This document shows positions 56,705 to 64,000 of a DNA stretch of 64,000 nt, in pieces. A model generated the notes under the pieces. It had not been told where the DNA came from, ran no database searches, and worked only from the letters and a program-made list of their open reading frames with translations. The position numbers were made by a program, and so were the translations under genes. Each line of letters begins with the position of its first letter. Positions within the stretch are counted from its first letter, which is position 1. Source of the DNA: a virus; IMG/VR virus record IMGVR_UViG_3300032401_001693, positions 1 through 64,000 of that record, one strand, 5' to 3'.

Positions 56705-56980
56705 ATGGAAAAAGCAAAAAAGTATATTGAACCAAATTATTATTTAATTTCTAACCATGAGGGTGTAGTAGTTTGTGGTTGTGGATGTGCGAACAATCCA
56801 AAGCCAGGTGCTAGATTTCTTCCAAAGCATACAGATGGACACCAACAGATACTAGAAATTAAACCAAACTGGAATGTAAATAATGAAATAAACCAAGCTA
56901 AATTCTCAGCGGCTAAAGAATACTGCAATACTAATAATTTAGAATTTGGAGTTTGGACAGAAAATCAACTATTTAGTTAG
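56705..56980 (+). pseudogene. truncated TnsA-like (PD-D/ExK) endonuclease remnant
   Basis: CGCGC plus LEIKP...AKFSAAKEYC...FGVWTE. Confidence 0.5.
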
Positions 56981-57013
56981 AATCTAGTAAATAAATTTTA
57001 GGAGGTAAGAGAA

Positions 57014-57532
57014 ATGGCGGCCATAAGTTGGACTTCGAACGAGATTCGAGATTATTTGGCAACTAGGGGAGTTGGTTCTGCGACTGGTGCTACATATATG
57101 CAAACTTATATCCAGAGGTTAACGGCTCTTTTTACTGATGTAAAAAAGGACTATACTCTGGTTAACATGTTGGACAGGATGGCTAAAATAGTTATCCAGT
57201 TGGCAAAAGAATGCTATGACAATAAATTAGTAGATGATGATGCTATAGCTGTTTGGATTTTAGCAAACCACCCTGAATGGTCTAGTATGGCTCCTACCTT
57301 AGGAGATATAATAGAGGTGGATATCAATACCAGATTGTTTGCAAGTGCTACAGTTCCTGTATATCCTACAACTACGGATCCAAATGGAGCTGTAGAAATT
57401 AATGAGAAGCAGGTTATGGCGGAGAAGGTGAGTTTGTATCTTACAGCGGTAGCTAGATATATGAGATATTTTGCTGCTGTCTGTGTAGATTCTAGTAACA
57501 ATGTGGTAGTGCCACCCCTTCCGGAGTGGTAG
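57014..57532 (+). CDS. putative virion structural protein (paralog of 57562)
   Basis: AISW..IRDYLAT, LVDDD, HPEW shared. Confidence 0.6.
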   Translation: MAAISWTSNEIRDYLATRGVGSATGATYMQTYIQRLTALFTDVKKDYTLVNMLDRMAKIVIQLAKECYDNKLVDDDAIAVWILANHPEWSSMAPTLGDIIEVDINTRLFASATVPVYPTTTDPNGAVEINEKQVMAEKVSLYLTAVARYMRYFAAVCVDSSNNVVVPPLPEW

Positions 57533-57561
57533 TAGTTAACCCTAACTAAGGAGGAAAAGAA

Positions 57562-58128
57562 ATGTCAGCTATATCATGGAGTAACACAATTAGGGATTAT
57601 TTAGCCACCTATAAAGGGTGGCTGTCTGGGGGGTTGGCAACTTACGCCCAGACGTTTGTTAACAGGATGACTACCGTATTTGATACTGTAGCACAGGATG
57701 CAAGTTTGATCCAGATGATGGAACGGATGGATAGAATTATCTTACAAGCAGCTAAGGAAGCCTATGATGACGGTCTAGTAGATGATGATCTGATTGATGC
57801 TGCACTTTTGATTAAGCATCCAGAATGGGCAGGTTTAACTGCTATGTTGGGTGATATTATCGAAACTGATCTGAATCTTAGGATTGGTGGTAGTGCAACG
57901 GTTCCTACTTGGACTCAGGATGGCATGACGGCAGCTCAGTTGGCAACAGCTGGAATCAAAGTTAGAGATTGTATGCTGGCTACGGTTTCAGATTATCTTG
58001 AAAAAGTAACTCACTCTATGAGGTACTTTGTAGCGGCTAAGGCTGCAGAATCTGGAGTAAGTTCAGCTATTTCGGCAGCTCCAGAATATGGGAATCCTTA
58101 TATGAGTTGTGGGTGGCCTGGAGTTTAA
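57562..58128 (+). CDS. putative virion structural protein (paralog of 57014)
   Basis: Shared motifs as above. Confidence 0.6.
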   Translation: MSAISWSNTIRDYLATYKGWLSGGLATYAQTFVNRMTTVFDTVAQDASLIQMMERMDRIILQAAKEAYDDGLVDDDLIDAALLIKHPEWAGLTAMLGDIIETDLNLRIGGSATVPTWTQDGMTAAQLATAGIKVRDCMLATVSDYLEKVTHSMRYFVAAKAAESGVSSAISAAPEYGNPYMSCGWPGV

Positions 58129-58386
58129 GTGCCTTTACTAGAATTTGAATGTGAAAGAGATCAGGTTGTGATAGAGGAGATTAGGAGGATCGGAGAACTG
58201 GATCCTCCTAGTTGTCCTGTTTGTAAAGAACGGATGGAAAGGATCTTCTCCGCACCTACTGTGATTGACAAATCAAAAGTGTCTGAGAAACTTAGAAAAA
58301 GGTCTGAGGAGCAGGGTAAAAAGTTTTTCAATGGGTATCCTCAGCACCAGGAACTTGTAACTAAAACATTAAATTCTAAACCTTGA
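58129..58386 (+). CDS. FmdB-like zinc ribbon protein
   Basis: MPLLEFEC...CPVC..MERIFS. Confidence 0.7.
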   Translation: MPLLEFECERDQVVIEEIRRIGELDPPSCPVCKERMERIFSAPTVIDKSKVSEKLRKRSEEQGKKFFNGYPQHQELVTKTLNSKP

Positions 58387-58692
58387 AAGGAGAGACAAAA
58401 TGGAAGAGCAACCAAAAGTAAAAATCAGGCTAAAGGCCATAATAGATAAGAAAGATTCTTTTGAATTAGGTTTTGCTATTTTCAAAAAGAAACTGACTTT
58501 TAGTAAAGATGGAATTACTGAAGTTCCTGTCTATATGGCAGATAAGATTCTAAAGGAGTTTCCTGGAGCTTATGAAATAGTTCAGGAAGTTAAACCAACA
58601 AAACAAGAGAGATCTTCTAAAGCTGAGTCTAAATTGGACGAAACCAAAGAGTTCGCGAAACAGATGTAAAATCTCAAGAGTAGGAGGTTAGT

Positions 58693-59412
58693 ATGTGGAC
58701 TAATACGCAGTTAATGAAAGCTCAATGCCCACTGATTGAAGAGTTTCATATCACTAGTATTTGTGGAGGTAAGGAGAGGAAACAGTGGATTCTGGGTGGT
58801 AGATTAACTACCAATATTCAAGGATGGATTAAAACAACTATTTCAGCGTTGTCAGGAGGAGTGATTACTTCGTTTGATCACTACCAGGTTATGGCTCAAA
58901 GGTTAGATTCAATGGGAGAGCCTACATATAAGACTATAGTTGACTGGAAAACAGTTACAGGTTTTCAGGTCCGAGGCAATGCATCCCACGAGTATAGTGT
59001 TTTGGTTTTGGGAACTGAGGATGCTCCTCATCGAGCTACTAGAAAATGGGCTAAAGACTATTGCCCTTACTGCAAATCACAGGGATTTGATGCTATTATA
59101 GGCTCTACGGTTAAAGACCAGGTTTGCTTTTCGTTTAGACATACCCTAGGAGCAGGAACAGATGCGGTAAGTTTTGCTACGGATATAACACCATACAAGA
59201 TTTTGGGTTTGCCTGCTGGATCACTTAAGAGTCCTTTGATAAGGCAGATGGAAGATGATGACTATCAGGTTCTAATCACTAAGTCTACAGTAGCTGATGC
59301 AGCAGTGACCATTCCGGCTTATGCTAGTTCGCTAACCGAAGGCGGATTTAATTTGACTGGTGACAGTGGTCAGAGGTATGATATAATGATTTTAGGCAAG
59401 GTTAGGTACTAA
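58693..59412 (+). CDS. putative virion protein (paralog of 59447)
   Basis: W.KDYCPY.K.QGF shared. Confidence 0.55.
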   Translation: MWTNTQLMKAQCPLIEEFHITSICGGKERKQWILGGRLTTNIQGWIKTTISALSGGVITSFDHYQVMAQRLDSMGEPTYKTIVDWKTVTGFQVRGNASHEYSVLVLGTEDAPHRATRKWAKDYCPYCKSQGFDAIIGSTVKDQVCFSFRHTLGAGTDAVSFATDITPYKILGLPAGSLKSPLIRQMEDDDYQVLITKSTVADAAVTIPAYASSLTEGGFNLTGDSGQRYDIMILGKVRY

Positions 59413-59446
59413 TGGAAAAAATTCTAAAATTTATGGAGGTGTAATT

Positions 59447-59785
59447 GTGAAAAAGCGTTGGGTCAAAGATTATTGCCCGTATGCCAAGGACCAGGGGTTT
59501 CTTTCTGTTATAGGTGACGTAGCTCCAGGTGAACAGGTTTTTGGATTTACCTATCTAACCGTTGGTGGGGATGATGTAATAACTTTTGCTACAGAGACTC
59601 ACAAAAGGGTTACTCAGATGAAGGATACCAACTATAGGGTTCAGCTTACTAAAGTTACTGCCGCATCTGGTGCTTCTGAGGGTTCTGAGGCTTATGTTAG
59701 AACACAGACAGCGGTGAGTTTTGTTCTTATAGGTGATACTGCTCAGCTGTATGATGTTATAGTTATTGGAAGAATAAACTACTAA
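59447..59785 (+). CDS. putative virion protein
   Basis: Paralog of the C-terminal half of 58693. Confidence 0.55.
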   Translation: MKKRWVKDYCPYAKDQGFLSVIGDVAPGEQVFGFTYLTVGGDDVITFATETHKRVTQMKDTNYRVQLTKVTAASGASEGSEAYVRTQTAVSFVLIGDTAQLYDVIVIGRINY

Positions 59786-59790
59786 CGGAG

Positions 59791-60123
59791 GTGGACTTGG
59801 CTAAAAAAATCAGTTTGGTTCACGATGCCAGTGGTTCACCAGTCCAGGGTGCTTTCCATCCTACTGTTGACACTCAACTTATTACTATTGGTGCCACAAC
59901 AGCTAAAAATGCCAATGCGCTTACAGGAGTTGAAATTGTAAGGTTGATCGCAACTGGAAATTGCCACGTAAAGTTTGGAAATATTACAGTGGAGGCGACA
60001 TCGAGTGATATGTATCTGGCTTCTGGGCGTGAAGAGTATTTCAATCTCCAAGGAGATACCTATATAGCAATTATTCGCGATGCTTCTGCCACAGGAAGTC
60101 TTTTCATCACTCCGGTCGATTAG
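59791..60123 (+). CDS. putative virion protein (paralog of 60130)
   Basis: PVQ..HP, C...FG, ATS.DM.L, IRD..G.L.IT. Confidence 0.55.
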   Translation: MDLAKKISLVHDASGSPVQGAFHPTVDTQLITIGATTAKNANALTGVEIVRLIATGNCHVKFGNITVEATSSDMYLASGREEYFNLQGDTYIAIIRDASATGSLFITPVD

Positions 60124-60129
60124 AAAATA

Positions 60130-60795
60130 GTGAGAAAAACAAAACAGGTTTACTCAGGGGGTGTACCAGTTCAAAGGGTTCTTCATCCAAGGAGTACCCT
60201 TGTTGTTCCTGTAGCTGTTGCTGCTACCGTACTAGTTGGCGGGGAGCTAGTTACTAATGGAATTTTTGCTGTATCTGCTACTGGTTGGACATTAGAAACT
60301 GGCTGGATTTACGATACTGATAAGGTGACTAAGAATGCTAACGGTTTAGGCACACTTAGTCAGGCTAGTATAATTTTGGGAGGCAAAAAGTATAGATTAG
60401 TATTTACTATGGCCAGTCGTACAGCTGGTAGTCTTGTTCCACAGTTGGGTGGAACAAACGGAACAAGTCGGCTTAGTGACACCACTTTTACAGAGTATAT
60501 CTCAGCAGGTGCAGATGGAGATCTAGTTTTTACCCCTTCCAACGATGGTAGGTTTTCAGTAAGTGCCGTTTCTGTTAAAGAAGTTTTGAATCTTACTACT
60601 TTGGGTGAGGTGATAAGAGTTATTTCAACTGCTGATTGCTATATTAGATTTGGTTTAACTGATTTGGTCTTAGCAACCTCAAACGATATGTTTTTGAAAG
60701 CTGGCATAGAATATTATTTCTCAGTAAGGGATAGATATCTTTCAGTTATTAGAGACAGCGGTGATGGTAATTTGTATATCACGTTGATGGATTAA
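60130..60795 (+). CDS. putative virion protein with inserted carbohydrate-binding-like domain
   Basis: ELVTNG.F....GW...VSVKEV insert. Confidence 0.55.
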   Translation: MRKTKQVYSGGVPVQRVLHPRSTLVVPVAVAATVLVGGELVTNGIFAVSATGWTLETGWIYDTDKVTKNANGLGTLSQASIILGGKKYRLVFTMASRTAGSLVPQLGGTNGTSRLSDTTFTEYISAGADGDLVFTPSNDGRFSVSAVSVKEVLNLTTLGEVIRVISTADCYIRFGLTDLVLATSNDMFLKAGIEYYFSVRDRYLSVIRDSGDGNLYITLMD

Positions 60796-60798
60796 TGA

Positions 60799-63700
60799 AT
60801 GGCTACTTTAGATAAAAAGCTAGGTCAACTACCAGAAGTTACTGTTCCTAAGTCAGATGACATTGTCTATATAGTTACTGATCCTGCCACTCGTCCTGCT
60901 GACAAAAAGATAAAAATATCTAATCTATCTTCGGTTTTGGGAACTAGTGGGTACTCAGGGTATAGTGGTATATCTGGAGCCTACGGTGACTCTGGATTTT
61001 CAGGATTTTCAGGGATAGATGGTCAGTATGCTGGGCAAGGTGTTTCCGGTTATTCTGGATATTCAAGTGCGGCGGAAGGTCCACAGGGGCCAATAGGCTT
61101 TTCTGGGTTTTCAGGCTATAGTGGTGAGATTGGCTTTTCTGGCTATTCAGCTTATTCTGGATATTCAAGCCAGCAACCAGGTCCACAAGGTCCAGTAGGA
61201 TTTACTGGGGAATCTGGTTATTCGGGATACTCTGGTCTAGGACTGTCAGGATACTCTGGTGCTTCTGGTTACTCTGGTGTTGGTACTTCTGGTTACTCTG
61301 GTGTTGGAATCTCAGGTTATTCTGGAAGGTCTGGGTATAGTGGTATCTCTGGGATGGGAGTATCTGGCTACTCTGGCTATTCTAGCGAGATGGAAGGACC
61401 TCAAGGTCCAATAGGATTCACGGGAGAGTCAGGGTACTCAGGAGATTTAGGAATCTCTGGTTATTCAGGATATTCAAGTCCAGGTTCTTCAGGATATTCT
61501 GGGTACAGTTCTGTGGTTCCTGGAACCTCAGGCTATTCAGCTTATAGTGGGTACTTAGGAAGTTCTGGATATAGTGGCAGTTCTGGATATTCTGGATACT
61601 CAGGACAAGGAGTTAGTGGATACTCAGGATACTCAAGTACAGTCGTAGGACCTCAAGGTCCAATCGGGTTTTCTGGTTACTCAGCTTATAGTGGCTATTC
61701 TAGTGTTTCAGGTTATAGTGGCTACTCAGGTTATTCTAGTTCTAGTGGATACTCTGGATACTCAAGTATTTCCGGATATTCTGGATACTCAAGCGTGAGC
61801 GGTTATTCAGGATATTCTAGTATTTCAGGTTACTCAGGTTACTCGGCCTATTCTGGGTATAGTGGGTATGATGCGGGTGCAGCATATAGTGGGTATAGTG
61901 GGCCTTCTGGGTATAGTGGCTATTCTGGGATAAGTGGCTATAGTGCCTATTCCGGGATAAGTGGCTATAGTGCCTATTCCGGGTATAGTGGCATTTCCGG
62001 TTATAGTGGTTACTCAAGCACTGTGGTGGGTCCTTCAGGTTATTCTGGTTACTCAGGTCCATCTGGTCTTGGCTATTCAGGTTGGTCTGGAATTTCTGGT
62101 TACTCGGCTTATTCTGGTGTAGGAACTTCCGGATATTCAGGTTATTCGGGTGTAGGGACTTCTGGTTACTCAGGTTACTCAAGTGCTGTAGTGGGTGTTT
62201 CAGGCTATTCAGGATATTCAAGTCCAGGTAGTTCTGGATACTCAGGCTACTCTGGTTTAGGAGGATCAGGTTATTCTGGGTATTCAAGTGCTGTGGTGGG
62301 TCCTTCAGGTTATTCTGGTTACTCAGGTCCCTCTGGTCTCGGCTATTCAGGTTGGTCTGGAAGGTCTGGTTACTCAGGCTACTCAAGTGGAATGCCCGGT
62401 GTATCTGGGTACAGTGGATATTCAGGTGCTCTTCCCGTCTATGGGACATCTGGTAATATACTACAAAGTAGTGGAAGTGGTTGGATTTCTACTAATCAAC
62501 TTTCTATTGCTTCTATTGATCTTAGTAATGCTACAAGTTCTATTCCTTGGCTAGTTGGGGTTACTGCTGGAGATGCGGCTTCTGGTCATGCCTACTATAA
62601 ATCAGATACTAAGCAACTGTTAATAGGAGATGGTGTAACTGCTAATCCAGTAAGTGGAGGTTCTTCAGGATATTCTGGATATTCAAGTCCAGGTAGTTCT
62701 GGTTACTCAGGTTATTCAAGTCCCGGAACATCTGGTTATTCTGGTTATTCTGGGTATTCAAGTGCTGTAATAGGACCTTCAGGCTATTCTGGATATTCAA
62801 GTCCTGGAAGTTCTGGATATTCGGCTTACTCAGGTTATTCAGCCCAGCCAGGAGGTTCATCTGGTTATTCTGGTTACAGTGGGTTGGGAGGTTCTGGTTA
62901 TTCTGGTTATAGTGCTGAGAGTCCAGGTCCTTCTGGTTATTCAGGTTATTCCGGTCAGAATGGCACAATCGGGATAAATGGAACTTCGGGTTATTCAGGT
63001 TATTCCGGTGGTGGAGCCAACTATGTGCATACCCAGAGCGGGGCTTCTACCTCTTGGACTGTTTCTCACAATCTAGGTAATTTGGAAGTTATTGTTCAGG
63101 TGTTTGATGGAAGTAATAACCAAGTTATTCCAAAATCAGTTGTTTGGGATACTGTTAATCAATGTACTATCACGTTCTCTTCAGCTGTCGCTGGGAAGGC
63201 AGTAGTATCCAGCGGTGGTGGAGTATCTGGATTTTCTGGAAAGTCTGGTTACTCAGGTTATTCTGGAATTTCCGGATATTCAGGGTATTCTGGGCAGGGG
63301 TGGTCAGGTTGGTCAGGTTATTCTGGGTATAGTGGTAAGTCTGGGTACAGTGGATATTCTGGATATAGTGGTGGGTCGGGATATAGTGGCTACTCAAGTG
63401 CTGTGATAGGTCCTTCAGGCTATTCTGGATATTCAAGTCCTGGAAGTTCTGGTTACTCTGGTTACTCAAGCCCTGGAAGTTCTGGATACTCAGGTTACTC
63501 AAGTCTAGGAAGTTCTGGCTATTCTGGTTACTCAAGTCCTGGAAGTTCTGGATACTCAGGTTATAGTGCTGAGAGTCCAGGTCCTTCTGGCTATTCTGGG
63601 TATTCTGGTTATTCAAGTGAGGGAACTTCTGGATTTTCTGGTGTAAGTGGATATTCAGGAGTAGGGACTTCTGGTTATTCAGGCTATAGTGGCTATTCGG

Positions 63701-64000
63701 GCAAATCTGGATATAGTGGATATTCAGGTGGAAGTGGATATAGTGGAATTTCAGGTTACTCAGCTTATAGTGGCTATTCTGGAATTAGCGGTCAACAAGG
63801 TGTTGGTTATTCGGGTTTTTCAGCTTATTCTGGTTATTCTGGTTACTCGGCCTATTCTGGAAAATCAGGATATAGTGGCTACTCAGGTGTGGGTCCTTCA
63901 GGTTATTCTGGTTACAGTGGGTTGGGAGGTTCTGGATACTCAGGTTATAGTGCTGAGAGTCCAGGTCCTTCTGGCTATTCTGGTTATTCGAGTACAAGCG
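60799..64000 (+). CDS. large (SGY)n glycine-rich fibre protein, 3' partial
   Basis: Not in ORF track; ATG 60799 (MATLDKKLGQL) and no stop seen to the window end; paralog of 22699-24000. Confidence 0.85.
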   Translation, partial: MATLDKKLGQLPEVTVPKSDDIVYIVTDPATRPADKKIKISNLSSVLGTSGYSGYSGISGAYGDSGFSGFSGIDGQYAGQGVSGYSGYSSAAEGPQGPIGFSGFSGYSGEIGFSGYSAYSGYSSQQPGPQGPVGFTGESGYSGYSGLGLSGYSGASGYSGVGTSGYSGVGISGYSGRSGYSGISGMGVSGYSGYSSEMEGPQGPIGFTGESGYSGDLGISGYSGYSSPGSSGYSGYSSVVPGTSGYSAYSGYLGSSGYSGSSGYSGYSGQGVSGYSGYSSTVVGPQGPIGFSGYSAYSGYSSVSGYSGYSGYSSSSGYSGYSSISGYSGYSSVSGYSGYSSISGYSGYSAYSGYSGYDAGAAYSGYSGPSGYSGYSGISGYSAYSGISGYSAYSGYSGISGYSGYSSTVVGPSGYSGYSGPSGLGYSGWSGISGYSAYSGVGTSGYSGYSGVGTSGYSGYSSAVVGVSGYSGYSSPGSSGYSGYSGLGGSGYSGYSSAVVGPSGYSGYSGPSGLGYSGWSGRSGYSGYSSGMPGVSGYSGYSGALPVYGTSGNILQSSGSGWISTNQLSIASIDLSNATSSIPWLVGVTAGDAASGHAYYKSDTKQLLIGDGVTANPVSGGSSGYSGYSSPGSSGYSGYSSPGTSGYSGYSGYSSAVIGPSGYSGYSSPGSSGYSAYSGYSAQPGGSSGYSGYSGLGGSGYSGYSAESPGPSGYSGYSGQNGTIGINGTSGYSGYSGGGANYVHTQSGASTSWTVSHNLGNLEVIVQVFDGSNNQVIPKSVVWDTVNQCTITFSSAVAGKAVVSSGGGVSGFSGKSGYSGYSGISGYSGYSGQGWSGWSGYSGYSGKSGYSGYSGYSGGSGYSGYSSAVIGPSGYSGYSSPGSSGYSGYSSPGSSGYSGYSSLGSSGYSGYSSPGSSGYSGYSAESPGPSGYSGYSGYSSEGTSGFSGVSGYSGVGTSGYSGYSGYSGKSGYSGYSGGSGYSGISGYSAYSGYSGISGQQGVGYSGFSAYSGYSGYSAYSGKSGYSGYSGVGPSGYSGYSGLGGSGYSGYSAESPGPSGYSGYSSTS

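Noticed and set aside
22872-62660. Diversity-generating retroelement TR/VR pair
   Set aside because: Only one mismatch in 78 bp, both copies are mid-gene coding sequence, and there is no reverse transcriptase in the window
171-63997. All minus-strand ORFs in the track
   Set aside because: They overlap well-supported + strand genes and show no recognisable motifs; they are antisense shadows (those at 60944-63997 mirror the SGY repeat)
1-64000. Stop-codon reassignment
   Set aside because: Long core genes are intact in code 11, and TAG/TGA/TAA all end genes cleanly

Overview
This window is the packaging/head region of a large tailed bacteriophage: AT-rich, essentially all genes on the + strand, strong GGAGG Shine-Dalgarno sites, standard genetic code. 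The canonical order is present: terminase large (5.8 kb), intein-containing portal (24.8 kb), MuF/gp7-like minor head protein (45.8 kb), prohead protease (52.4 kb), scaffold (54.5 kb), SPO1/Twort-like major capsid protein (55.2 kb), then decoration/fibre genes. It is stretched over about 50 kb by inserted accessory genes. The main hidden pattern is that more than 20 of these accessory proteins share a short leader (MNYVILEK|A/S or MKQVYVVTLDEEFEK|A) ending in the same hydrophobic-x-K|[A/S/G] site seen in the capsid propeptide and throughout the scaffold. The site is usually followed by a basic arm (K-[PAG]-[YFH]-x-RTRKGK-x-E-x-VK or R-x-x-G-[AP]-KDK-x-x-RKKR). These tags sit on topoisomerase IB, a HipA/PI3K-like kinase, an ART-fold protein, a GNAT, a Cys-His-Asp+HD protein, and between each domain of a 1574-aa MuF polyprotein (2H/Acb1-like, CCA-adding, Pol-beta NTase, zincin). 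This suggests a protease-processed, virion-packaged effector arsenal (inference). Features missing from the ORF track: a Bd0055-like bacterial histone, a tRNA-Thr split by a small gene, a structured ncRNA candidate with periodic AAG repeats near a DIP1984-like gene, an ATT-initiated zinc-ribbon gene, and a large (SGY)n fibre gene running off the right end. There is also a PanC-like/GNAT/2x radical SAM-SPASM cluster next to a second (SGY)n protein. All family assignments come from motif recognition by eye; no searches were run.
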